DNA of 57,144 nucleotides, the filler included, from Perkinsus olseni (Eukaryota): NCBI GenBank assembly GCA_013115125.1. It is 2 parts of 2 records of this genome, joined end to end, with 100 filler letters (N's around TTAATTAATTAA, not from the genome) between each part and the next. Parts side by side here need not be neighbours in the genome. Positions count along the whole stretch, not along the records: positions 1 to 28,549 come from JABANN010000445.1; 1 more part is not named here. One strand, given 5' to 3'. The notes below the pieces were generated by a model. It saw only the letters and a program-made list of their open reading frames with translations, had not been told where the DNA came from and searched no databases. Shown in pieces: positions 11,217-23,369 of the stretch (the stretch's first letter is position 1; the number at the start of each line of letters is the position of its first letter). The position numbers and the translations under genes were made by a program.

Positions 11217-13708
11217 ATGCTGTCTCGCTCGGGCCGACGTCTATTCAACGCTGCAGCATCATCATCGTCCTCCATAACCGGTGGCAGCTCTGCTGTGGCC
11301 AGGCCACCAACTCACCACAGGATCGATCCAGCATCAATCGAGGTAACATGCTCTGAGGCAGCTCGAGTTCACATCTACAAGGAGCTCCTTCCAGTTCACC
11401 AGTGCTCCGAGGCTTTCCGTACGGCCACCGTTGGACACCCTCGAATTCGGTAAAAAGTTTTCGGATCATATGCTGGAGATAGACTATAATATGGTAACTG
11501 GATGGGCAAAGGTAGTAGTGGCGGTGGATTGGTGATGGCGCGGTAGTCATGGTGAATGGCTTAGCCTCGAATAATGCCGATGGGTGACATCAAGGTCCAT
11601 CCAGCGTCGCATGTACTGCACTACGCAGTCCAGTGTTTTGAGGGAACGAAAGTGTACGGGCCCACGTCATACCAACCTTCCCCCTAATCACGGTGCTCAC
11701 GGTGCTCAGATATCGGGTTCCTGATGGGGTTAGAGAGTTCCGCCTATCCAGTAACATCGCTCGTTTCGCCAACTCCATTAGACGTAGTGCGATGGCTGAC
11801 CTCACCAAAGAGGATGAGAAGGCCTTGTAGTCTTTGGGAGGCCCCGGGAACAACCCACCCCCACTGCATGCCTAGATACGAGCTAATCAGGGAGCTAGTT
11901 CTCATCGATGAGCACATGATACCGTCAGAGCCAGGCTATTCCCTTTACCTCCGTCCAACTTGTATTGGAACCCAGGTAGGGAGGCGATGGCCCTACTGCT
12001 GACTAAATCATCCATCAAACTCGACAGGCTACCTTGGGAGTGTTCCCTCCTACTGATGCCAAGATATTCGTGATAAGCAGCCCCGTCGGACCGTAGTGCT
12101 GCTCTTGCTAATATCTCTGCTGCTGCTCCGTGACACACGACTCATTATAGTTACTATAAGTCAGGATTCAAGCCAGTGTCGTTGATGGCATCGACTAAAA
12201 GTGTGCGGGCTTGGCCTGGAAGTAAGGGCGGTGGTAGCCTCGACACCACTGACCACTCTACGTTCAATAACGACAGTGGTTGAATTCATACATCGCGCAA
12301 TTGAGGAACGGATTCATAGTATCTTTCTGAAGCCTACTGCGTCTTGAAGCGTCATCACATCGCCGCCCACCAGGTACTGGGGCCCAAAAAGTGGGCAGCA
12401 ACTATGGTCCGACCCTTTTGCCATTGCGGGAAGCAGTGAGTGCTGTGCCTGTACAAAAGGGTTAAAGTTTGCCTTGACGCACGCCTTTAGGTTGAACAGG
12501 GCTACTCACAAATACTGTGGCTGCTGCCTACTGATGCGTCAGCAGAGGACTACTTTGTAACGGAAGTTGGTAGGGATCTGCCCGGTTATGTCCCTGCCGT
12601 TGACGGCTCCCTATGACGAGGTACCATGAACCTCTTCGTGGCGCTGCGTAACTCCGAGGGTATAGAAGTGGTCACGCCACCGTTGAGTGACGTCATATTG
12701 CCGGGGATAACCAGAGACTCAGTAAGGGGTGCCAGTGAGGTCGAGCTGCCGGTGTTCGAAACTGTGACCTTGGGATTGGACGTCTGACGCCCTCCTCCCT
12801 GATCTAACAGGACTTTCCTTTCGATGTGTGCTGGTGCTCTGTTCATACTTAGCTAATACGACCGGGAGTATTGTCAGGCGCTCCAAGTTCTGAAGGCAGA
12901 GGAGGCACGACACAAGTTGAAGGTGTCTGAAAGGGACATCACCATCAACGAGATACTATGGGCCTACGAGGCCGGGAATCTCCTGGAAATATTCGGTAGT
13001 AGCGGTGGAGGTCAGTGAAGAGTGATCGCTGCGACCTGTCTGAGTTAGACAGAGGCTGTTGGATGTTCACTCTCCTGTAGCAGGAGTCTTGTTGGCTCCG
13101 TATTATTCGCCCATTAGTGTGGCCAGCTACTCGCACGTTAATCTTCGAGCGGGTAGTCGCCGTTGCCGGGACAGGCTACTGCGTTTGACCAGCGTTAGGA
13201 ATTCGGACCGCTGCGTATACTCGTGTACCCTGGGAGTACTGATAGTAGATCTAACGGGATCGAATCTCGAGGTACCGGCACAGCAGCCATCGTGTGTCCA
13301 GTGAAGCTGGTCCATTTCAAAGGAAAGGATATCCACGTAAGCCTCTCCTAATCCCTCGCGACAGTTATTCGTGTTATTGTGACTGTAGCGTTGATCAACC
13401 CACTACTGTATTGTCAGGTACCAGTTGACGATCAGCTGGGGGCCGGCCCTATCTGCAAGCTTGTCTTAGATGTTGTAAGTACCGTTAGTACCATCGCATC
13501 TTCCATCGCTGTTTCTTCCGGTCTCATCCTTGTCGGTGATCAATAGCAATGAGGCTTCGATAAAATTTAGGTGGACCGCGTGATGAGTAGTAGTCGTTGG
13601 TCATTTCAGATCCAACAGGCCCAACGAGGCCGAGGCGAGTTTGCGGGAAGATGGTCGACGCTGTGGACCCAGGATATGCGTATAACGCAAACACCACCTA
13701 ATTTCTAG
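11217..13708 (+). CDS. BCAT: Branched-chain amino acid aminotransferase (PLP class IV), about 14 exons, probable mitochondrial targeting N-terminus
   Basis: Spliced translation gives LEFGKKFSDHMLEIDY, VLHYAVQCFEGTK, YLRPTCIGT, QKVGSNYGPT (PLP lysine), TEVGTMNLF, ILPGITRDS and FGTGTAAIVCPV. The N-terminus MLSRSGRRLF is Arg/Ser-rich. Confidence 0.92.
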
Positions 13709-14232
13709 TAATGCCCTCTGGTGCTCGCGCGATCCCCGAACGAGTCGCCTTGGAGGCGGAGCTCGGGGGTCGTCACCCACACTGCTCGCCGCCGGCTACT
13801 CAGAATGCTGTTGCTGACCATATTCAGGGCGGTCTGCGTGGATGATTCTTCTCCACCCTGTCCTTGCAGGTACTCGGTGTCGAGATGGTTTGTCTTTAGC
13901 CTAGGTTCGTATCAGCGACGTTGACAATGGTAGGACTTGCCTATCTTCCGTCAGCCTGGCAGCATTCAATTTTTTAATGTACTACCATTATGACGATTAT
14001 GATCGTATAACGGGTTTATGATCGGTCCAAGGGGAGTGGTATCGGTACCTGCGTCACTCCTCATCCTCACTATCCAACATGAGTTTTCTAACACTACCGT
14101 CTCAGTCGAGGGCGTTCACCATCGCCTTGCGTTGTACAGTCAGACATGGACAGGAAGCCGTCAATAAGGCTCATGCACAGCGACGGAGCATATTCTTAGT
14201 CGACCACCCACACATACTATCAGTTTAACATC

Positions 14233-17200
14233 ATGTCGGTTCGCCAACCTCTGGTAGGATTGGCCGTAGAGGAGGCTGCCCAGCCTCAAGTCGGGTCGGC
14301 GTGTGAAGTGTTGTTCGACCGGGCGAGGACTGTTACAGTCATATGCCTCATCACTACGTGCTTGCTTGCTACTGTGGCCTTATGGAGAGTCCGATCTCTC
14401 CACTTCGAAGGTGATCACCGACGCCTCGGAGGGCTGCCGCTGCCACTTTCTTAGTTCTGCTGTGTTGTCGGTGGATTGACTCGTATAGAATGATCAGCTG
14501 GCTACAGTTATCGTGGACTCGAGTGTGAGTGCCTCAGTTCCGGCTTATCGAAGCCCTGGTACTGCCGGAGATGATGAGGACTTCACCATCCTCAAGCCCG
14601 ATATAATCATCTACTCCACCATTGCCGTCATAGGCCTTGCTGCCCTCACTATCGCCGGCTTTGTCTTCATTGCTAAAGTAGCACACCACGTCAACGCTCG
14701 GAAATGCACCATCGGATTCTGATGGTCACCTTGGCCGTGATACTCGCACAGTTCTGTCCCCTAGGGCGCAATAGGCGAGGATGGCCAGCAGCTAGGGTGT
14801 TACTCGACCCTCTCCGCAGTACATCGAACCTGCCTCTTCTCAGTGCCTCCTACCGAGCTCAAGTGGAGTCGGTCGGTTCATTCGGGTGGCCTCCCCCGAG
14901 ATCATCCTCTACTCGTGTGGTATGGCGTGTCTGTATGCTGCTGCGGCCACCAACCTAGCCATGCCAAGGTAATCCCTCTCATCCTAGAAGGCTTCAAAGT
15001 GTCTTGAAACATTTTGCCGAGAAATCGTCAGTTCAAGTCCCAGTAGAACATCTTCTCAGGCTCTTCGGTGCCATCATCAACCTAGTGTCGGTGCCCTCCG
15101 CCATGACCCCGCTCGAAAAGCGAGCCCGGCTCAATCGAGAGGCCCTAGAGCTACTCGTTTGTTTGGTGCTATCCAACCTCTTCAGTGGAGGGAGGGCTGC
15201 ATCACTCAGTGCTGCTGGTGAGCGCATTGTGGCACGACTGAGGTGAGAGACGGCCTCTCGAACGCCGGACTACTCGCTATGTTGTATGCTCTCTCATCCC
15301 TGGTTCTATCCAGGCCTCTGAATTAGGCTGCTGACAGATTTCGATCGTCTCTCGATTCGGGTGTGTGGCGTGTGAAAGACCAACGAAGCCTGTATGATGG
15401 CGCTGCTGGTGCTGCTCAGGAAAGAGCTGTTCTCTAATCTACTTCGCCAAGAAGTTGCGATGTACGATGAGATCAAGTCAGGAGAGCTCACCAGTAGACT
15501 CTCCAACGATGTCACAGTACTCCACTGCCGCTCAGTATCCTCTGCCACGGGTCTTCTCAGACTCTCCAAGATGCACTCACCGTTAACCTCTCTGTTGGTG
15601 TCCGTTCTGTTGCCTCCGTCATCGGAGGTACTATCATACTTTTTATAATCTCCACTAGGCTCGCTCTGGTAAGTTCAACGCTGGCTCATTCCACCGTCGG
15701 CTTGACGGAGGTCTGAGAGTGCAAATCGTCGACTTTGACTGCTGCGGGATATGGTCTTTTCCTACGAACCAGCGGGCGTCCTTGATGTTCTTATTTCGAG
15801 CCTGGTGTAACATCAGTCGTAGCATCGCCCCACCTCACTCCATCTTCCGATTGCTGCCCTTCAGATGATGTTATCGGTCATACCCCTCGCCGCCATCGCT
15901 ACCATGTGCTACGCTAGATTCGTGGGTCAGCTATCGAAGGACTACCAGAAGGAGTTGGCCTCCTCTACCGAGGTCGCCACCGAAGCCCTCAGCAGCATTC
16001 GTGTCGTCAAGACCTTCCCCAAGGGGGAGGCCAAGGCCGAAACACGGTAGCTTTCCTTAACACTCCGCTGCGCCTAGCGTTCTCTTACGAATCAACATAG
16101 GTACGCCCTCCACATCGATCGGAGTTACGCTATCGGCTTGAGAAAGTCCTTCGGCTTCGGTGGCTTCAGTTGGATAGTTGGTATGCTCATATTCATCTCA
16201 ATGACAGCGGTGGTGTGGTATGGAGCGGGTCTGGTCCTCAGCGGAGAAATGCTGCCTGGTAGCAGCCTCGAAAACTGCTGCCTGCTCCTGCCATCCTCAT
16301 CAGGCACTCTCATGTCCTTCCTCTTCTACACTCTGGGTAGCATCGGTGGATCGGTAGCTGGGCTGTCGGAGGTCGTCTCTAAGCTAGCCGAGACCGTAGG
16401 GGCCACGGCCAAGGTGTTTGAGTATATCGACAGAGAGCCTCAGCACGCTGCCGCCACAGCGGAGGTCAGCACCTCACCAGTGGCTTCGGCTACTCGTCAT
16501 TCGCAGATATCAGATGGCGTCGAGTATCAGCCCTTGCTCTGCTCTGGACGCCTCAACTTCACCGAGGTCCGGTTCGCCTACCCGACTAGAGGTGACATTG
16601 AAGTACTCAAGGGCATCACGTTTGCAGTGGAGCCTGGCCAGGTGACTCGGGCGTGCCGCTGCTGCTGCTGCTGCTGACGTATGCCTGCTGTTGTAGACGG
16701 TCGCGTTGGTCGGCCACAGTGGGGTCGGCAAGTCGACTTGTATTTCCCTCATACTGCGCTTTTACGACCCGACGGCTGGCGTGATCGCTTTGGATGGGAG
16801 GAGCTTGGCAACACTCAAGGACGACTGCCTCAGGAGAAACGTCTCCTCGGTGGCGCAGGTCAGCAAGTACCATAACCGGGGATCGAACCTGCGGCCTCTC
16901 AGGAGCCTGTGCTGTTCTCAACGTCGATTATGGATAACATCAAGTACGGCTCGGATAGAGATATCACCCAAGAAGAGGTGAGAGGCCAATGCCTAATCCA
17001 ACAGCATTCAGCCGCACCGAGCTGGACGGGGCCGTGGATCCGCAGCGGCGTCCCAAGAATGAACAGAAATTGTCCGAATGAGTTGAGCGCCTCAATCCGT
17101 TCGGACGATTACCGGCTCAACTTGGAGCTCGGCGACCCGCAAGTGAAGCTAGTTGAACAGGTGGAATCGGCGGCTAGGGCGGCCAACTGTCACCACTTCA

Positions 17201-17734
17201 TATCCACTTTCCCAGAAGGCTATGATACTCTCGTTGGAGAGCGAGGCGTTCAGCTCAGCGGCGGGTGAGGAGAACCACCAAAATGGTTCTGGCGTTCTTC
17301 ACAGCATTGGTTCAGGCAAAAGCAGCGGGTTGCCATTGCCCGATCCATGGTAGCATCACCAAAGATACTCCTACTAGACGAGGCAACGAGCGCCCTTGAC
17401 GCTGAGAATGAACGGAAAGTTCAAGAGGCTTTAGAAGAGTAAGCCTGGCCAAAGCAGCTCTGTCAGCATCCTCCAACAGGTTGAGCTCTTCTCGAACGAC
17501 AATAGTAGTGGCCCATCGGCTGTCCACAGTGCAGAACGCTGATGTTGTTATCTACATGGAGGATGGTCGAGTAGCTGAGAGGGGTAGTCATCATCAACTA
17601 CTGGCCCTGAAGGACGGCAAGTGAGATGGGACTCCGGCCGTATCGGCCGGAGTCAGCCGGCGAGGCCCCCCTCCTGTAGGTACGCGGCTCTTGTGCGCCA
17701 ACAGCTTCATGGATCGGCATCGTTTCTGGAGTGA
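14233..17734 (+). CDS. ABCB half-transporter (TAP/ABCB9/ABCB10-like), multi-exon
   Basis: [92 protein letters not shown]. One TMD plus one NBD. The 5' exon structure is approximate. Confidence 0.9.
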
Positions 17735-17813
17735 ATTTATAATAGATCATCATCAGGGTTGCGTTGAGCAGTGGAGGACCGCGTAATCTCATCGTAGAAG
17801 TGTACATCCGCAA

Positions 17814-18365
17814 ATGACTGAAGACGAGATTCATTATAGCATTTGGGTGTCACCGCCGCCGGAAAGTGTTGTTTATGACCAAGTGTCGAGGCTGATAAAG
17901 AACGCACACAAGGCATGCCCGTCTGTGACGGATGCTGTGTTCCAACCACACATCACCGTGGTGGGGTCGTTTATGGCGAGTAGCGATGAAGACGCGGTGG
18001 TCAATGCGAGAAACCTAGCTCGTGCAACAGCAGGCCCGATCACGGTTGAGTTTGAGGCTGAGCCGGCGGTGGTCGAGGCCGACAAATGGAATATGGTGGT
18101 GGTGTTCTGGATTGATGATGATGGTGACTTGCTGGCGTTACACAAGGCGTTTGGTGGGGGTGGGGAGGGGTACACGCCCCACATGTCTCTGTGCTACGGC
18201 TGTTCCTCCAGACAAGAGCGGGTAGATCTCGCGAAGAGGATGAAGGAGGTCACAACATTGAGCGGTCGCTGTCGCTTCGAGATTGATTCCGTCGAGCTTT
18301 GGAAAACCGAGGGCGGTCTTAACGGCGTCACTGGCTGGCGGGAAATTGATCGATTTGAGCTGTGA
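17814..18365 (+). CDS. 2H phosphoesterase, cyclic phosphodiesterase (CPDase)-like; intronless
   Basis: Two HxT/S motifs (PHITV and PHMSL), N-terminal YSIW and C-terminal VELWKTEG...W...F.L, as in plant-type CPDase. Confidence 0.88.
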   Translation: MTEDEIHYSIWVSPPPESVVYDQVSRLIKNAHKACPSVTDAVFQPHITVVGSFMASSDEDAVVNARNLARATAGPITVEFEAEPAVVEADKWNMVVVFWIDDDGDLLALHKAFGGGGEGYTPHMSLCYGCSSRQERVDLAKRMKEVTTLSGRCRFEIDSVELWKTEGGLNGVTGWREIDRFEL

Positions 18366-18918
18366 GTGATGATATCATCTTTTCGCCTTTTGTTTTCGCA
18401 CGGGTTGCGTTGAACGATATTCATATTACTTTTGACCTCGAAGGCAACCGCGCCGTTTACCCTCTCCGGAGAATCGGAGTAGTGGTGTGGGGACCACAAC
18501 GCGGTGTGCGGGGGAGTTAAAGTATCTCAAAGCTGCTGTGTCTGCATCACAGCCTACATGTCCGGCGATCGTGCTATCCTGTTCAACATGATGCCTCCGG
18601 GGAACTTTTCAAGCGGCTTGTCAGTTGTATCGGGATTCTTGATACAACAGCTGGTAGTCCAGTAGTTCGCCCCTGCGGAAGCTGTACAACTCCGGAACGG
18701 GGAGCGGCGGTACGGAATCCGAGATCCGATGACTGAGCGAAGTATGGGACTGACGTAAGAAGTTAGTTGAATAATCACGCCCAACACGCTCCGCTGCTTT
18801 ACTCTCGAGCCCCACTGCGCGAGGAAACCCTTCTTGTTAACCCTGTCTTCTGAGCTCTCACTGTAACGCAAAATATCCGATCCAGCATCTGTGGAAATAC
18901 CATGCTAGCAGATCAAGT

Positions 18919-20379
18919 TTAGGCGGCCATAGAAGCGTGTGGGAGGGATGATGAGTGAGCTCGGAGACTCCGAATAATCGCACGGCGTCGAGTCATTGGC
19001 ACGTACGGCTGCAACTCGTCGTTCCACCCACAGAGAACAGCGGTGATGAGTATCTCTGCGAAAGAGGCCTGAACATCCTCGCGATCGTTCTCATCTATGG
19101 CGATGGTCCAGTCGTCCTGCTCAGCCATCGCCTTCACGCTGTTGTTCTTCAACAGCTCATTCGCAACATCTATCGTCATTGCAGCAAAACTTGTGTTGAA
19201 TCTTTCTGCTTGCGAATAACTAACCTCGCGCCAGGCGGACCTCACCAAATCGACGCCCTGTTGGGATAGTGGTATCCTGACGAGACCAGTGACCTCGGAG
19301 CGACCTCGTGTACGTGCCCAGCCGAGTACTTACTCTAAGTGTTGGCGTGGTCTCGGGTCCGCGAGAAGTAGGACATTGACTAAGGCATGGTTGTGCTCCT
19401 CACTCCAGATCATCACAAGCATCGACAGAGATTGTGCCTTCAGAGTCAGGGTGTCCAAAGACAAGTTGTGATTGCTAAACTCACACTGTTCGGATCTGCC
19501 TGATTGCAATCCGCCCGCATTGCCGAGGTTTCACCCTTCGCCCAATGTGTCCGGGCGTGCCGGGCGATGATCAGCGGCGAGATCGCCCTCGGGTTCTTCG
19601 AGAACTCAGCGACCAGCTTGGGGTAGGCGCTTCGCAGCACTTCGCGTGTATTGTTTTGCGCAAGCATAAGCCTTGAAATTTCAATCATGCTCTCTTCGCA
19701 TTCATGAACGTTCTGCTGTATATATTGCTCCATATTGTGGAAGGGACTGAAGTGATGCCGCATTGTTTTGCGCTCCCCTTGGTCGGGCATAGTCTTTTCC
19801 CTGAAAGTAAGGCTGACATATGACGAGGAATCTTGACGTACCGCCCACTACGACTCACGTTAGCCGAAGCGAGGTATGGTCAACAAAATAATAACCAAAC
19901 TCTTCGTTGTATTTTCCCGTCACTGACGCCCAGTGCTACAGGAAGGAAAATGGTACCGAGGAACGCATCAACCGGAGATGGAAAAATTCCGCCGACGGGG
20001 GTCTCTTGCTATGGTAGACCAGATCGGTGGTCTTGCTATTGCTTACAGCAGTGTGAATGTATTCGGTGTCATTTCCGGTTGGAATGGTGTAATCTCCCTC
20101 TCCTCGGGTATAATTGGCAGTGAGTGTGCAGCTACTTCGGCGCTGGACGGGAGCAGTGAGCGGTACCTGTAGTCCAGCCTATAAATACACACCGATATAC
20201 ACGACACCTATATATACCATAACGATATATACACCTATAAGTACATGTTCCGAGGTCGACGAGAGGCTCTCTTTCCATCGGAAAGCCATAAACATCGACG
20301 GGCTCACCTCCTTAGAAGCACTAGACAGCGTCTGATGATGGAGTGGGATAGTGAGCAGGCCGGTTTTGAATACTCGCAT
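18919..20379 (-). CDS. Hypothetical protein, at least 6 exons
   Basis: ORF pieces join in frame through canonical GT-AG introns (e.g. 19438-19484 and 19277-19333): MRVFKTG...SEH|VPLTAPV...IHTA|HWASVTG...LT|EKTMPDQ...PNS|AQSLSML...LE|IPLSQQGVDLVRSAW. No family recognised. The 3' end may extend toward 18554. Confidence 0.6.
20180..20240. repeat. Short AT-rich degenerate tandem repeat (ATATACAC-like units) inside intron 1 of the 18919-20379 gene
   Basis: tataaatacacaccgatatacacgacacctatatataccataacgatatatacacctata. Confidence 0.6.
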
Positions 20380-20875
20380 GGAAGATTATGAACCGTGATA
20401 AGCAGGAATCTCAGTAGTAGGAGAGCCCGTTCCCCGCAAGCCAGCTGTAGCCCACAGGCTGTAGATTCTACAGTGTAGGATCACAACAGAATTTCTCGGG
20501 CCGCAGAGCATTGAAAATCCGTCACCATCCAGTCAGCGTGGCCTCAACGCGGACTGCGCTGATTAAGGGCCGCGGGCGGAATTCTTCGGAGCACAATCTC
20601 GTAGCAAGTCCTGCATTTTGCACGATGGGCACGCTGGACCATAAGTCACTTGAGGAGGGGCCGAAAGCTCCGCAGGGAAGAACGGAAGGTCTGCTATTTC
20701 TAGCTATCTATGAACTGCTCTTTCCGGGAGTAAGGAGCGCAAACTGGCTCTCTACTCCCAGCTCCTCGATGGGAGAATTCAGTATTGCCATCCCCGGGGA
20801 TCGATCGTTCCAGCATCGAACGACGGTGGCTGCAGCATACTAACCGCGACTCCAAGCCTAGGAAAAGCATGCGAC

Positions 20876-21795
20876 TCAGACTGTTCCACACTTTTCGAAC
20901 TTGCGAGAACGTATCCCTTCCGTACATCTCAGTGTGTGAAGTAGTCTTTGGCCCCGTCGCAGATCTGGCCGTACGGTAGTACTCGGAATATATTTGACCT
21001 GTTCCAATGCCCACTGTCCAAGCTTGGACGATCTTGTAAAGCTTCTGTCTTGGTATAGAGTACCTATTGCGATGAGCTCTCGCTCCTTCTCACACATTGC
21101 AATTCCGATCTCTCTAACGAAGAGTTATCCCAAAGCGAGATCATCGACGACGTTAGTGGTCTGATCTCCGACATGTCACTTTTCTCATTCTCATGAAAGT
21201 TGCGGTAAGAATCAGAAGAGCCCTTCGGAACCGTTTCTCAATTGTCCTTGGCAGCGATCTTTAGAAGCTACACAACCCTAACACAAAGGCTTCCCCAGAC
21301 CTCACACCTGACTCACCTTCCACCGACGTTCCACCGAATCGAACTCTGCTGCTCCACTGCACATGCTCTCTGTTGTTTTCGTCTTCCAGAGCTACTCATA
21401 GTTGTCATCGGGTGAAGCGCTACAGATCAGATGCTTCGTTTCAGGCCTGCTAGACATGGATATCTTACTTCTATCATAACAGTTACAGCGGCGACACTAT
21501 ACGCCCAGTGGATTGCTTCTCCCATCGCCATATTCATCAGACCTTGTCGGAGGGGGAAATAGAAGTTCTGCCAGCCACAGACCACACGTGTCAAAATAAT
21601 ATAAGCACTGAAAAATATGGCGTGAATGATACCAAGATACCATTTGGCAACCCTTTCAGAAATCGAACTTGTTGCCAGTTTATGTCCAGCGAGTAGCATC
21701 AAGGGGGCACGGAAGCACAGCATGAGTATTGGTATTATTGAGGTACGTAAATCCCACATGAAGACCTCCAGAGCACTCGGTAAGTCTTCACGCAT
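20876..21795 (-). pseudogene. Hypothetical membrane-protein gene, possibly disabled
   Basis: The first exon (21795 to ~21470) encodes about 3 hydrophobic segments. Downstream exon-like blocks bounded by GT/AG carry in-frame TAG/TGA in the most plausible frames. Confidence 0.35.
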
Positions 21796-21933
21796 TACAC
21801 CAACATCATAGATCGGAGGACAGGGGAGGATCCACGGTTCCGTTATTGTTGTGATAGCGGAAGACTATCAACACCACAACACGGTAAGCTTTAGATGATA
21901 CTCTTATATAAGTTGAAATATTCTCTCAGCATC

Positions 21934-22345
21934 TTACACAACTACGGCGTAGAAGTAGACGCAAAAACTCAGAGCACTGATGACGCACATGAGACCACCC
22001 GGCATGAATTTACGAGTTTTCACGTACCTGAGACAAGATGATTGCAAACTCGCCCGAGGAGTTCGCTACAGTAGTCGGGGTGAACATACCTCGAGTAAAA
22101 GAAGACCGTCAATATCAATGCAATGGCCGCTAGGCAGAAGAGTCCCGTAAGATTGTCGTATGAGGATCCGACTTCTGCTGCGGCGAAGACCAGGACACCG
22201 GAGATGGTACCAGCGATCAGGGAGGGCTTACTCTTAGCCTGTACGAAGCCTATGGCCTGATACAGAGACAATATAAATTCAGAATGCCTGTGACCGGTGG
22301 ACCAATAACACGGTCCTTGCCGATGGCCACATGGTGGAAGGTCAT
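21934..22345 (-). CDS. TMEM14/FAX-family small membrane protein, copy 1
   Basis: AIGFVQAKSKPSLIAGTISG...RYVKTRKFMPGGL matches the TMEM14 motifs. The 5' splice is ambiguous. Confidence 0.8.
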
Positions 22346-22714
22346 CTCAGTGAGGGCACTAAAATGTCAAGTCGTCGTATGAACGGGAATCTTCATAATG
22401 GACACCGCGGAAAGAGTCCGACTATCGAGTTCGAGTTGGCGTATATTCTCACGTCGAGGAGAGCACACGAGGTTAACTTACCCCGCCAACGATGAGGAGG
22501 AGAGCATAGAAGAAGGCCTCATCAAACGCGAAGGCGACGGCACTCATTGAACCAGGCCAACCAACGACAGAGACCGCTGACTGAACCTCGACGACGAACT
22601 GAGCGAGAACCAAATGCACCTTCAGGTATCACATGAAACTCAATAGTAGATCAAATTACACCAACTGGAAGTCACCACAGCCGTCAGAGTTTGTTTCGGA
22701 ACTGATAGCCGAGC

Positions 22715-23238
22715 TCATTCTTTCTTGTCGGGGCTGTCGTTCTTGTCGGCTTTCATGGCCGCCGCAGTGACACCGGCAATCACAACGCCTATCACCGCCA
22801 TGAGGCCACCCGGCATGAACTTGGAGGTTCGCTGAAACCTGATCGAGAGGATGAGAAATCCCGAGAGGTGAGGAGGAGGGCGCCACCTCTTCACGAAGAA
22901 GAGGGTGAGGAAGCTAACCAGGACGAGCTGCACTTTCCGGAGGCCTCGCCGACGCTGGGGAAGGACTCGAGTTGATAGTGCGATGACGCCGACCTGCAGG
23001 ACCCACAATGAGTTCCTTGCGGGTTGAGGGAGCTTACAGCTAGGCAACTGAGGGTACCGGCAACGATGGAGACCTTCGACCCAGCTTGCATGTAGCCAAC
23101 TACCTGAAGAGATGAGGTACTGGCGTGAGGATGAGTGGTAGTAGTAGTGGAGGAGTGTCAGGAGCTTACCCCGCCGACGCCGAGCAAGGCAGAGTAAAAC
23201 AGGTTGGCCGCGAAGGCGGCTTTGTCGGAGACGACCAT
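22715..23238 (-). CDS. TMEM14/FAX-family small membrane protein, copy 2 (4 exons)
   Basis: MVVSDKAAFAANLFYSALLGVGG|VVGYMQAGSKVSIVAG...KR|FQRTSKFMPGGLMAVIG; canonical introns. Confidence 0.88.
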
Positions 23239-23369
23239 AATACACGGAGAACTGAGAGGTCGATGATAGCGACAGGTCTTGTGTGCAGGCACCTCCGCTA
23301 GGTGATTGGCAACTAGCGTGAACGAGATACTGCGAGGAGGGTATCATGGACAAAAAACACGACATGATG

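Noticed and set aside
16658-16675. (GCT)6 tract giving apparent poly-Cys/Ala
   Set aside because: It is an ordinary intronic microsatellite.
16872-16902. tRNA T-arm-like string on the minus strand (GAGGCCGCAGGTTCGATCCCCGG)
   Set aside because: The T-stem pairs poorly, there is no D arm or acceptor stem, and it lies in a short intron abutting a coding exon.
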